Part shown: positions 20,116-29,943 of the stretch, piece by piece | How the letters are laid out: each line of letters starts with the position of its first letter | Position numbering within the stretch: the first letter of the stretch is position 1 | DNA from: Spirochaetota bacterium | GTDB lineage: Bacteria > Spirochaetota > UBA4802 > UBA5550 | DNA: 64,000 nucleotides | Reading direction: 5' to 3' | Assembly (NCBI GenBank): GCA_963663865.1 | Contig: OY760686.1 | Coordinates: 704,001-768,000, forward strand | The notes under the pieces: generated by a model | Database searches by the model: none | What the model was told of the DNA's origin: nothing | What the model saw: only the letters and a program-made list of their open reading frames with translations | Translations under genes and position numbers: made by a program

Positions 20116-20568
20116 ATGTACACAATGAAGCAGGCAGCTGAGCTGACAAAAATGTCGGTCCATACGCTGAGGTTCTATGCCAATAAAGGATTGTTCCCAT
20201 TTATTTCGCGCGATTATAACAATGTCAGATGGTTCTCCGACGAGGATATCGAAAAAATAAAGGTAGTCCTTTGTCTGAGAAAAACAGGGATGCCAATTTC
20301 CGATATCAAAAGCTATCTGTTAATGTGTGTTTCCGGCGAAGACAAAAAATTTGATAAGAGGTACGAGCTGTTTGTCCGTCAGGAAAAGAAAGCAGTACAG
20401 GAACTGGAGGAATTAAAAGAGCAAATAGAGCATTTGCAGTTAAAGATGGAATACTATCGAGAGTGTATTGAAGTGGGTAGGCATTTAAACTATTATCAGT
20501 ATGTGAAGGACATAGAAAAGAGATCTAAAAACAGGAATGCTGTTAAAAGAAAGAAGGCTGCCATTTAA
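20116..20568 (+). CDS. MerR-family regulator (AdhR/NmlR/YyaN-like), copy 1
   Basis: HTLRFYANKGL, RD.NN.R.F, CLRKTGM, C-terminal coiled coil. Confidence 0.92.
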   Translation: MYTMKQAAELTKMSVHTLRFYANKGLFPFISRDYNNVRWFSDEDIEKIKVVLCLRKTGMPISDIKSYLLMCVSGEDKKFDKRYELFVRQEKKAVQELEELKEQIEHLQLKMEYYRECIEVGRHLNYYQYVKDIEKRSKNRNAVKRKKAAI

Positions 20569-20580
20569 GGCAGCCTTCTT
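20551..20580. terminator. Bidirectional terminator overlapping the MerR-1 stop
   Basis: AAGAAGGCTGCC-ATTTAA-GGCAGCCTTCTT, 12-bp perfect stem between convergent genes. Confidence 0.7.
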
Positions 20581-20605
20581 AATAATAGACTCAAGACTTA
20601 TCAGA

Positions 20606-23122
20606 TCACCAGGTAAGACCGAAACCTGCCGCATAAGTCGGGTCTACGTCATCATTCATCACGTCCTCGTACTGTGCTTCCACTGCTTCATCAGATGATG
20701 GGAAGTTCCATGGCAGATGAGAAGTCGGAGCAAATCCGTCAACTGCAAAGAGGACCTCCATGAGTTGATCGTCGTAGATTCCAAATTCGATCATAAATGC
20801 ATCTATCTGATCTATCCATGGTTCAACAACCATTGGTCTTGGAGTAAAAGCAACAAGAACTATCTTTACGTTTCTGCCTTCACTTGCGGCTGCCTGTTTT
20901 ACTGCAATCGCGTTATTGATGGCTTCCATCTGTGATAGGGCTGCAGAGTAGTTGCCGTCACGTCCAATGTATCCTCCGCTTGAGTAGTCGACTCCGTCTA
21001 CTTCTGTTGTACCTCCGCCGTTATCAGTTCCACCCGGTCCGGCTGTAGAGTTGATTAGAGCTACATGTTCATCCCATGTACGGTGTCTCCATTCTTCCTC
21101 ATAGTAGTTGAGAAGTGGAGTTTCGTACGAAAGTGGAACCCCGCCTGTGAGACCTCCGTATGTTCCGAATCGTCCTGACACCCTCAGAACAATTACGTCC
21201 GCAGCTGTAATGTCTTCTGTAACATTGGCAGTGGGCAGGTAATCTTCGATAGCAGCATCATCGGTTATACCATCGTAATAAACAACATATTGCGCAGAAT
21301 CTTCCTGGAGAGGTAATATGTCCCCTTCATTCTTAAGAAGTACACAGGCCCGTTTACGCATTTCTTTTTGCTTTGATGTGAATTCTTCAGAAGCCAAAAA
21401 TGCCTGACTTTCTTCAAGGTCCGTATATGGATTTTCAAACAGACCCATTCTCATATAGGTCTCAAGAACCTTGCCAGCAACTTCGTCAATATCTGCTTCT
21501 GTCAGGAATCCTGCATTATAGGCATTTACCCATATTGTGGGCTGTGCCTGACCGAGCTGGTGACCTCCGGCTTTAGCATATCTCATAACAATATAGTGCT
21601 GTTGTTCTATAGCTCCATATACGTCTCCATAACGGCCTGAAATGACAGATGGAGTCCAGTCCTCAAATTGAGGGGCGGTTTCAGGAATGTCTGTTGGTGA
21701 AGCAGGATTTGTCTGAAATGAGAAGGTAAAAGTTTCAGAAGCCTCATCATAATTGTCTATGTAGACAGAATCAGGATAACCCATGTCGGCGAGCCTGAGA
21801 CCATAGTCTCTGGATCCCGAGTTTCCGACACCCCAGTCAGAGGTAACCATACCGTCCCAGCCCCAATCATCGCGAAGAATTTCCTGCATAAGATGTTCTT
21901 CATAGCTGGCGGCTATATAGTCCAGAGTAGTCTGGGCAAATGTATTGGTAGCTGTATTATAGTCAGTAAGATACAGACTATAGCAGGGCATTAAAGCGAG
22001 AGGACCTGCTTCACAGGCAATTTCAAATGCTCGAAGGTGCTCTTCCAGGTTATTACCTTTCATCGGCGCAAAGCGGCCATGATATGTGTGGCTGTCCATT
22101 CCTCCGACATTTGTTCCAGCACCAGGGTAGTGTTTAAGAGTACAGGCAACTCCGGGAATAGGATGCCCGTAGAATCCGTCATCAACACCCTGGAGGCCCT
22201 GCATATAAGCCTTAGTGTTTTCACCAGCTGCTTCACAGGTCGGTCCGCCCATTGTGTCGTATGCCCTTGCCCAGCGGGGTTCTGATAGCGGGTCGCACTG
22301 CGGGCCGTAAATGATTCTGATACCGCCTGCCCTGTAAGCTTGAGCGTGTAAACTTCCTATTTCTTTTGCGTATTCCGGGTCGTTGATCGCACCGAAGGCC
22401 TGGGTGAAAGCCCAGTTTCCGACTATGTCTCCGCCATTTTGTTTAGCAAAGTTAGTCGCAGCGGCATTGTTTCCGGTTCCGGTACATGGGTCGCAGCAGA
22501 ATGCATAGGGGATCCCGTATGTTGTACGTTCACAGGTTCTCTGAACAGCATTAACCAGATTGATCCGTGTTTCCACATCTCCACTTGGTCCACCCATACC
22601 CATTCTTGTATTGTTCATTGGGCCTACTTCTGCGTCGGGACCCCATCCGACAGGAATTCCAGCCCAGCCGTCGTCGCCAATCGCAAAACTTGCCATGTAG
22701 ACGGTTAAAAGGCCTGCTTTTGCTTCAATATCTCCCGACATATTGGAGAGAAGGTCTGCAACACGCGTCTCCAGCGAAAGCCTCCAGTCCTCATAGTCAT
22801 CAAGTTCGTTGTTTTTATTCAGGTCCCTGAATTGGAATGTTACCGGGTCGCCGGCAATTTCATTTTCACCTGTAGCCTCCGGTGTGACCTGTACCTCTAA
22901 AATAGAGACTCCTGTTCCCTCTCTAACCTCGACTTCAGGCTGCCCCTGAACGCCGTCATAACAATACAGGCTGTTATCATCAATACATTTGATGTCTGTA
23001 ATTGTGACCGGCACGACGGGCGCAGGTGTTGATTTTTTGTCGTCATCGCTGCAGGCAGTAAAGGTCATTGAAAAACCAATAGTTGCTAACAGGAGAAACA
23101 AAAATGTTAGATTTTTTTTCAT
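20606..23122 (-). CDS. GH3 glycoside hydrolase lipoprotein (paralog 2)
   Basis: Lipobox FTAC, FRDLNKNNELDDYEDWRL, EPRWAR, KHYPG, MPCYS, SDWG, GLFENPY, VLLKN. Confidence 0.9.
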   Translation of the reverse strand: MKKNLTFLFLLLATIGFSMTFTACSDDDKKSTPAPVVPVTITDIKCIDDNSLYCYDGVQGQPEVEVREGTGVSILEVQVTPEATGENEIAGDPVTFQFRDLNKNNELDDYEDWRLSLETRVADLLSNMSGDIEAKAGLLTVYMASFAIGDDGWAGIPVGWGPDAEVGPMNNTRMGMGGPSGDVETRINLVNAVQRTCERTTYGIPYAFCCDPCTGTGNNAAATNFAKQNGGDIVGNWAFTQAFGAINDPEYAKEIGSLHAQAYRAGGIRIIYGPQCDPLSEPRWARAYDTMGGPTCEAAGENTKAYMQGLQGVDDGFYGHPIPGVACTLKHYPGAGTNVGGMDSHTYHGRFAPMKGNNLEEHLRAFEIACEAGPLALMPCYSLYLTDYNTATNTFAQTTLDYIAASYEEHLMQEILRDDWGWDGMVTSDWGVGNSGSRDYGLRLADMGYPDSVYIDNYDEASETFTFSFQTNPASPTDIPETAPQFEDWTPSVISGRYGDVYGAIEQQHYIVMRYAKAGGHQLGQAQPTIWVNAYNAGFLTEADIDEVAGKVLETYMRMGLFENPYTDLEESQAFLASEEFTSKQKEMRKRACVLLKNEGDILPLQEDSAQYVVYYDGITDDAAIEDYLPTANVTEDITAADVIVLRVSGRFGTYGGLTGGVPLSYETPLLNYYEEEWRHRTWDEHVALINSTAGPGGTDNGGGTTEVDGVDYSSGGYIGRDGNYSAALSQMEAINNAIAVKQAAASEGRNVKIVLVAFTPRPMVVEPWIDQIDAFMIEFGIYDDQLMEVLFAVDGFAPTSHLPWNFPSSDEAVEAQYEDVMNDDVDPTYAAGFGLTW

Positions 23123-23344
23123 GAAAAAAATCCTCCTCCTAAGATATAGTGTTTAAAATAATAAATCCGTACATTAGCCGCCGAAGAGTCACCAGAATAG
23201 AGCTCTCACATTATCAAAGCATTACAATCCCCATAATGCCCCGTCAATACTCCAACGGAGGTCTCCAACGGAAACGGACGGTTTATTTGCCTTTTTGGGA
23301 TGGATTGGTAATCCACTAAAATCATGTGGGGCCTTTCTACGAGT

Positions 23345-23359
23345 TGAGAGCAGCTCTCA
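23345..23359. promoter_or_regulatory. Perfect palindromic operator candidate TGAGAGC-A-GCTCTCA
   Basis: Perfect 7-1-7 dyad in the divergent GH3-2/MerR-2 intergenic region. Confidence 0.5.
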
Positions 23360-23651
23360 GTCAATAAAAAAATTATAGAAGTTTTTCTTCTTCAGCCTGA
23401 AACTTTACTTGCCAAAAGTATTTAATTTGTGGAGAGATGAAGAATCTCGCATTATACACAATCCCCATTCTGGAGGCAGTTCCCAGGTAACTTGATAGAG
23501 CTGTTAGATTTATTGAGAGCGGCATGTACGAGGTTTTGACAGCGCAGATCAGAGCTGCTGAGCCGGGCGTGTTTTATCTGTTACAGTGAAACCTGTGTCC
23601 AGACATTTCATTAAGGCCCCGTCATTATTTATGACGATATGAGGTCTTGTT

Positions 23652-24143
23652 ATGTATACAATCAAGAAAGCAGCTGAGCTGATGTCTATTTCAGCTCATA
23701 CGCTCAGGTTTTACGCGAATAAGGGACTTTTCCCTTTCATTGAAAGAGATTACAATAACATCAGATGGTTCAGTCTAAAAGATCTTGAATGGATTGAACT
23801 GGTTAAATGTCTTCGGAAAACGGGTATGTCAGTATCTGATATCAGGAAATATATAGAATTGTGCAAACATGGGGACAGGACTCTTAAGAAGAGATACAAA
23901 ATGATTCTTGAACAGTATGAATCAGCAAAAGCCGAGCTTGCGGCAATGAAGGACAGGATTGAATATCTCGAATATAAAAAAGAATTTTATACAAAATGGA
24001 TAGAAAAAGGTGAACAGCCTGAATATAACAACCCGGCCAGTACAGTTTGCGAACTGGATGAGATCAGACAGAACGATTTGAGATGTCAGCTTCAAGACAA
24101 ATCAGGGAATTACAAAAAAAGAGACCGGGAGGAATGGGACTGA
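23652..24143 (+). CDS. MerR-family regulator (AdhR/NmlR/YyaN-like), copy 2
   Basis: Same N-terminal HTH as copy 1 (HTLRFYANKGLFPFI.RDYNN.RWFS), CLRKTGM. Confidence 0.92.
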   Translation: MYTIKKAAELMSISAHTLRFYANKGLFPFIERDYNNIRWFSLKDLEWIELVKCLRKTGMSVSDIRKYIELCKHGDRTLKKRYKMILEQYESAKAELAAMKDRIEYLEYKKEFYTKWIEKGEQPEYNNPASTVCELDEIRQNDLRCQLQDKSGNYKKRDREEWD

Positions 24144-24236
24144 CCTGTCAGCTTTATTTAACTCATTTTGAATGGATGGCGCTTTAACAAAATAAAAAAT
24201 CACATAAAACAAGCGCTATTAATAAGCAAAAGTCGC

Positions 24237-24265
24237 AAGCCGGGACGGAGATAAGTTCCCGGCTT
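24237..24265. terminator. Hairpin between convergent MerR-2 and pepF
   Basis: AAGCCGGGA...TCCCGGCTT stem; T-rich on minus strand beyond it. Confidence 0.55.
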
Positions 24266-24280
24266 AACGAAACGATCAGT

Positions 24281-26101
24281 TTAACGTCCGCTTTTAAGGT
24301 TGCTGTACGCTTCCTTAAACATTTTTACCAGTTTGCTGAAATGTTCCAGCGCATTGCGCACCGGCTCAGGAGAGGCCATATCCACCCCTGCTTTTTTAAG
24401 CTCATCAATGGGATACATGCTGCCTCCAAGTCTGAGAAAGTCGATGTAATTATCAGCTGCTTCCTTGCCTCCAGAGGTGACCTTTTCAGCAAGGGCGACC
24501 GCAGCAGATATGCCGGTCGCGTATTTGTAAACGTAGAACGCTGAATAGAAATGGGGTATTCTGAGGCATTCAAGAGAAAGCTCATCATCGACAACCAGAG
24601 TGTCTCCGAAATACTCTTCCAGCAGCCCCCGGTAGATTCCGGTGAACGAGTCAAGCGTGAGGGGCCTGTTTGCCTCAAGTTCAGAGTGAGTCAGCTTCTC
24701 GAACTCAGCGAACATGGTTTGCCTGTACAGCGTGGCGCGGATGTTGTCGATTTCACGGTTGAGAATATAGGCGGTCATAGCCGGGTCAGAGGCGTATTTT
24801 TTGAGCAGATAACCGCTAAGCAGGGTTTCGTTGAATGTTGAAGCGACCTCTGCCACGAAGATCGTATAGTCGTGGTTTACGTAGGGCTGGCTGTTCCTGG
24901 AGAACCAGGAGTGCATTGAGTGGCCTGCTTCGTGTATCAGCGTATAGAGGCTGTTGATATTGCCGGGCTCGTAATTCAGCAAAATGTACGGGGCCGAGTC
25001 GAAGCATCCCGAGGAGTAGGCGCCACTGCGCTTGCCGCGGTTCTCATATCTGTCAACCCATCCATTGAGAAGTCCATACCTGAGCGTTTTCTGATATTCA
25101 CTGCCGAGCGGTTCGAGCGCCTCAACGCAGGTCTCAACAGCTTCATCATATTCCATGCGGAAATTGATATCTCCGACAAGGGGAACATAGGTGTCGTAGA
25201 AGTGAAGTTCATCGAGTCCAAGCGCCTCACGGCGGAAGTTCAGGTATTCGAAAAGCGGAGCCGCGTTTGACTTAACCGTTTCGATGAGAGTGTCGTAAAC
25301 CCCGGCAGGCACATTGTCTCCAAAGAGCGCCGCTTCACGGCAGGAGCTGAATTTCCTGACCCTCGCGTAGAACCAGTCCTTCATATTTGAGTGCGCAAGG
25401 GTGGAGGCTATTGTGTTCTTATGGGACTTGTAGGCGTCATAGTACTGAAAAAAAGCTTTCCGGCGGATATCGCGGTTTGGTGACAGCAGGAATGAGCTGA
25501 AGTTTCCGTGGCTCAGTTCAGTCTCAGAGCCGTCTTCGGCAGTGATATTGCCGAAACTGAGGTCGGCATTGTCGAGCTGGCTGAAGGCATCCGACGGGGC
25601 ATGGGCCATTTCACCGGACATTGCGAGTATCTCCTCAATCTCATGGCTGTGTGTATGGGGCTTGAAGCGGATGATTTTCTCGATAGAAAAGCGGTAATCT
25701 GCCATTGACTCATCGCTCATGTATGAGTGAATTACATCGTCAGGAATGGACTGTATCTCCGGCGTCATAAAGCTTGATGCTTCAGAAATGCGGGTGTACA
25801 GGTTCATGGCTTTCTGATTCATCGCAAGATATGACTGATTGCCCCTGTCTTCGTCGCTCTTCAGGTGAGAGTACGTGTAGAGCTTCTCTATAGCTCTGGA
25901 GATATCGAGGTCGAACTCAATGCCCTTTTTAAGCGCTTCAAGTGAAGAAGCCAGTGTGCCCCTTATATCGCTGTATCCTGAAATTCTCTTTTCGAGACCG
26001 CTGTATAAAGCTTCCCAATCGCTGTCGCCATTAAAAAGAGGACTGAGGTCCCATTTATCGCTTTCTGCTATTTCTGATCTTGATCGTATTTTTTTATCCA
26101 T
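24281..26101 (-). CDS. pepF: Oligoendopeptidase F (M3B)
   Basis: KWDLSPLF, GKRSGAYS, TLIHEAGHSMH (HExxH), FVAEVASTFNE, RIPHFY..FYVYKYATG. Confidence 0.95.
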   Translation of the reverse strand: MDKKIRSRSEIAESDKWDLSPLFNGDSDWEALYSGLEKRISGYSDIRGTLASSLEALKKGIEFDLDISRAIEKLYTYSHLKSDEDRGNQSYLAMNQKAMNLYTRISEASSFMTPEIQSIPDDVIHSYMSDESMADYRFSIEKIIRFKPHTHSHEIEEILAMSGEMAHAPSDAFSQLDNADLSFGNITAEDGSETELSHGNFSSFLLSPNRDIRRKAFFQYYDAYKSHKNTIASTLAHSNMKDWFYARVRKFSSCREAALFGDNVPAGVYDTLIETVKSNAAPLFEYLNFRREALGLDELHFYDTYVPLVGDINFRMEYDEAVETCVEALEPLGSEYQKTLRYGLLNGWVDRYENRGKRSGAYSSGCFDSAPYILLNYEPGNINSLYTLIHEAGHSMHSWFSRNSQPYVNHDYTIFVAEVASTFNETLLSGYLLKKYASDPAMTAYILNREIDNIRATLYRQTMFAEFEKLTHSELEANRPLTLDSFTGIYRGLLEEYFGDTLVVDDELSLECLRIPHFYSAFYVYKYATGISAAVALAEKVTSGGKEAADNYIDFLRLGGSMYPIDELKKAGVDMASPEPVRNALEHFSKLVKMFKEAYSNLKSGR

Positions 26102-26339
26102 AAAAGGTTACCTTCCCTATAATTCAATCTATGTGCATTCTGAGCTGAAGTCATGAAGAAGTCAATATCTTTGAAGAAATTGGAGCTCCAGAGGAGCTGT
26201 TGAACAGAATGTCAGATATCAGGAAATGGGAACAGGATTTAGGAGTGCTGATAATTTGATATATCACGCATTCAGAAGCGCATCAGGTGAAAACAGTATA
26301 TCCAGTGGGCAATAACAACAAACAAATGGAGGGGGAGTT

Positions 26340-28640
26340 ATGACGTTAAAAAACATCAGACGTCCCGGTATGGCAGCGTTTTTGCTGTATCTGGGTGTAT
26401 CGTTCATCTTTGCCGGCGCCATGTCAGGATGCGCGGACAAAAAGGATTCACTTAAGGACGAAGAAGAAGGAACAGTTGAAGGTTTCGAAGAGTTCGATGA
26501 GTACTATGCAGTCAACCCTACGGGAATTAATGAGGTCCCGGGGCTGCCTGGAATCAAGGCTGATGATGAGATACTTCTGGAGGCACAGCAGTATCTTGCT
26601 CTGTTGACGCCTGCAGAAAAAGTTAATCAGATGAGCGGAAAAACAGAGTTCGATTTGACGTATATGTTTGACCAGTATGATAATGAGGAGCGCGGGATAG
26701 ACGGCTTTTACTATCTTGATGGACCCAGGGGGGCCCGCTGGATTCAGGACGCGGCGCCCTATGGAACAACTGTATTTCCCGCCTCAGTAACGAGAGCAAA
26801 CTCCTGGAGTCCTGAGCTTGAAACAGAACTCGGCAAGATCGCGGGCGATGAGACAAGGGCGCTCGGAGCTAACGTAAACCTCGCTCCGTGTATGAATCAG
26901 GTTACGCATCCGCGTCATGGAAGGTCTCAGGAAACCTATGGAGAGGATTCACATCTTCTCGGCGTGATGGGTGGCGCCTATGTTAAAGGTGTTCAGTATG
27001 AAACCGCGGGCAAGAACCCGATTGGTGCGTGCGTAAAGCACTATGCCGCAAACAACATTGAGAATACCAGGATGCAGGTCAACGTGAATGTTGATGAACG
27101 TACGCTTCGCGAGGTATATCTCAGACATTTCAAGAGGGCAATTCAGGAATCAAATCCAGCTATGGTAATGGGTTCGTACAACCAGGTTAACGGATTTTAC
27201 TCATGTATGAATAAACCCCTGCTGAAAGGTTTTCTCAGAGATGAGTGGTACTGGTCAGGAATGGTAATATCAGACTGGTTCGCAACAGGCAGCACAGTTG
27301 AGTCGCTTGAGGCTACGCTTGATGTTGAGATGCCTATTAGTATGGTAAACGACTGGTTCCCGAACATAATTTACGGAACAAGTCTCCAGACTGCTATAGA
27401 TAACGGGACAGCTGATATCGAACTGGTTAACCAGTCCGTTCTCAGAATACTCTATCAGAAAGTGAGACTTGGCATGATGGATTACGATACAGAGCAGCAG
27501 GATACCAGCGTATTACAGAGTGATCCTTCAATGCAGACAGTTCTTGAATCCGCCAGAAAGGGTATAGTACTTCTTAAGAACGAGAGCATTCTGCCTCTTG
27601 ACAAGACAAACCTTTCGAATGGAATCGTAATGCTTGGCGAGTATGCCAACAAGAAAATACTGGGAGACCAGGGAAGCAGCGACGCCCACCCGGTTGAGGC
27701 CAACGAGTCTGACGCGCTTGTTAAGAACTGCTATGAGGGAATCGCCGATGTTCTTGGCGCTGGGAATGTTCAGGCTTTTGTTGATGAAGCCGCTGATACA
27801 GGTAATGCTGTTTCTTCAGCTGATGTAGTTATAGTTGTTGTCGGAACGATTCCCCGTTCTCTCTGGACAGGAGCAGGTGAAGAAGGTGAAGGTTATGACC
27901 GCGAGTCGCTTGCTCTCCCGCAGAGAGACCTCGATAATATCGCCTATGCTACAGAGAACAACGACAATGTTATAGTCGTTGCGCAGATAGGAGGACCCTT
28001 CCTGGTCAAAAACTGGATATCTGATGTTAAAGGTCTTATCTGGGGAGGTTTCATGGGCATGAAGGGCGGAACGGCTCTCGCTGAAATAATCTTCGGAGAT
28101 GTCAACCCGAGCGGTAAAACATGTCAGAGTTTCCCCGTAAACGAAACCGACCTGCCTGCCTTTGACAATGAGAGTGAAGAAGTAACCTACCAGTACTACC
28201 ACGGTTACAGGTATCTTGATAAGCAGGGTACTGCACCTCAGTATTATTTCGGACACGGACTCAGCTATACGACCTACAGCTACTCCAATCTCCAGGTAGC
28301 GGGGGTTGATGAGGACACACTTGAAGTAACAGTGTCTGTTGATGTCCAGAACACGGGAGATATTGACGGAGAAGAGGTAGTCCAGCTCTATGTCGGTTTC
28401 GACAACACAAAGGTAGCTGATTCAATCGGAAGACCAAAGAAGGAGCTAAAAGCGTTCGACCGTGTAGCTCTGAGTGCAGGAGAAAAGAAAACGGTCACTC
28501 TTACAATTGATCCTGAAGACCTGACATACTGGAACGCTGAAGTCGGCAAGATGATTCTCGAAAAAATGGAGTATCAGCTCTATGTTGGAGCTTCATCCGA
28601 TCCGGCAGACCTTTTAACAGGCGCGTTTACCATAGACTGA
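26340..28640 (+). CDS. GH3 beta-glucosidase lipoprotein with C-terminal Fn3-like domain
   Basis: Lipobox MSGC, DGPRG, GRSQETYGED, KHYAAN, ERTLREVYL, SDW, EGEGYDRESL, GYRY..FGHGLSYT, EVVQLYV, KELKAF. Confidence 0.93.
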   Translation: MTLKNIRRPGMAAFLLYLGVSFIFAGAMSGCADKKDSLKDEEEGTVEGFEEFDEYYAVNPTGINEVPGLPGIKADDEILLEAQQYLALLTPAEKVNQMSGKTEFDLTYMFDQYDNEERGIDGFYYLDGPRGARWIQDAAPYGTTVFPASVTRANSWSPELETELGKIAGDETRALGANVNLAPCMNQVTHPRHGRSQETYGEDSHLLGVMGGAYVKGVQYETAGKNPIGACVKHYAANNIENTRMQVNVNVDERTLREVYLRHFKRAIQESNPAMVMGSYNQVNGFYSCMNKPLLKGFLRDEWYWSGMVISDWFATGSTVESLEATLDVEMPISMVNDWFPNIIYGTSLQTAIDNGTADIELVNQSVLRILYQKVRLGMMDYDTEQQDTSVLQSDPSMQTVLESARKGIVLLKNESILPLDKTNLSNGIVMLGEYANKKILGDQGSSDAHPVEANESDALVKNCYEGIADVLGAGNVQAFVDEAADTGNAVSSADVVIVVVGTIPRSLWTGAGEEGEGYDRESLALPQRDLDNIAYATENNDNVIVVAQIGGPFLVKNWISDVKGLIWGGFMGMKGGTALAEIIFGDVNPSGKTCQSFPVNETDLPAFDNESEEVTYQYYHGYRYLDKQGTAPQYYFGHGLSYTTYSYSNLQVAGVDEDTLEVTVSVDVQNTGDIDGEEVVQLYVGFDNTKVADSIGRPKKELKAFDRVALSAGEKKTVTLTIDPEDLTYWNAEVGKMILEKMEYQLYVGASSDPADLLTGAFTID

Positions 28641-28681
28641 CACGAAGTAATTGATCTCTGATCAAAACTTCTATTCTCACA

Positions 28682-28705
28682 GCCCCGCCGTTTCAGCGGC
28701 GGGGC
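28682..28705. terminator. Intercistronic hairpin between GH3 and porin-like gene
   Basis: GCCCCGCCG-TTTCAG-CGGCGGGGC with no U tract. Confidence 0.45.
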
Positions 28706-28733
28706 ATTACTAACAGAAATAGCAGGTGTAAAA

Positions 28734-29861
28734 ATGAAAAATATAATCAACGGGAAAATGGCGGCATTGATTCTGGCGCTTGCAATCGTCCCGGTCTCTG
28801 CTTTCGCGGTTGAAAGCGACCCTCTAATCCCTAAATTCGAGACAAATAAGCCGAGTATTCCTATCGAATTTTCAGGATACTTCTGGTCAGATTCGACATA
28901 CAGGGAGGACGGTGCTGGGAAACAGACGGAATCGGACAGCACTCAGTACAAGCAGTACGGGCGTCTCGTGCTTGCGGCTAAATTCAGAAAGGAAACATCA
29001 AACGGATACTTCGCGGAGGCAAAAGCCGAGTTTATAGCCCTTGACAACGAGATTGACGGGGGTGCTTTTAAGGCTCATATTCGTGATTCCTATATTAAAC
29101 TGGGCAACCCTTTCTTTGACTTTCAGGCTGGACGGTTCCTTGCGTGGGAGGTCTATCACAAGGGGCAGGGAATGGAGCTCTATTCCTCCGAAGAGACCGG
29201 AGCAGCAAATTCAACTCAGATATACGCCGTTAATGCCAACAGAGAACATGAGGGCAGCGCAGGGCAGTTCGCCTTACACATGTTTCCGAGTGAGACCCTC
29301 AAGTTTGAGCTAAGTGCGGTGTACGGAGATGAACTGACAAACAACATATTAGGTGTAAGGCCTGTTATTGACGCTTCATTCGGCCCGATTCAGATAATTG
29401 CCGGAGCTGAGTACAGAAAAGAAGCAAACATGAAAACGGATTACAAGGATAACAGTGTTATCATGGGCGGCGGAGGAAGAATCCAGTACAACTCGGACTT
29501 CCTGACATTTGGAATCAACGGGACCTACTGTACCTATGAGTACGAGAACCTTCTGGGAGAAATTGACAGAACGAAAAAGTTTACTCAGGTTTCATTCGGC
29601 GGATGGGCGAACATAAACTTCTGGCGGAATTCCATTGGAATAGGCTGTCACTACTCAGAGCGGGAGTATGAATTTGGCGATGTTGATACCCATCTTCAGC
29701 CCTATATTTCATACCTGTACAAGCTCCCGTTCGAAGGCGTCAGCGTAAAGGCTGTTTTTGCTTATGCGAAGGCTGTCAATCAGGAGCAGAACACAAATCT
29801 GGACGAGTTCGAAAACGACATGAAGTCGGTCAGAATAAGAATAGCGTACGACTTCCTCTGA
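28734..29861 (+). CDS. Putative outer-membrane beta-barrel (porin-like)
   Basis: Sec signal (..VSAFA), many amphipathic aromatic-rich strands, C-terminal VRIRIAYDFL. Confidence 0.65.
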   Translation: MKNIINGKMAALILALAIVPVSAFAVESDPLIPKFETNKPSIPIEFSGYFWSDSTYREDGAGKQTESDSTQYKQYGRLVLAAKFRKETSNGYFAEAKAEFIALDNEIDGGAFKAHIRDSYIKLGNPFFDFQAGRFLAWEVYHKGQGMELYSSEETGAANSTQIYAVNANREHEGSAGQFALHMFPSETLKFELSAVYGDELTNNILGVRPVIDASFGPIQIIAGAEYRKEANMKTDYKDNSVIMGGGGRIQYNSDFLTFGINGTYCTYEYENLLGEIDRTKKFTQVSFGGWANINFWRNSIGIGCHYSEREYEFGDVDTHLQPYISYLYKLPFEGVSVKAVFAYAKAVNQEQNTNLDEFENDMKSVRIRIAYDFL

Positions 29862-29899
29862 TTCCAGAAAACGCTTCTCCAATAATTATTTATTTTATC

Positions 29900-29943
29900 A
29901 TAAGGCGGCACTCCTCAGTGGGGTGCCGCCTTATCATTTTTCT
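29900..29943 (+). terminator. Rho-independent terminator
   Basis: ATAAGGCGGCACTCC-TCAGT-GGGGTGCCGCCTTAT followed by CATTTTTCT. Confidence 0.75.

Noticed and set aside
14583-23520. 9-mers ATTGAGAGC and AGTTCCCAG shared between the IS110 upstream region and the GH3-2/MerR-2 intergenic region as guide-target evidence
   Set aside because: One or two 9-mer matches are expected by chance between two ~500-nt regions.
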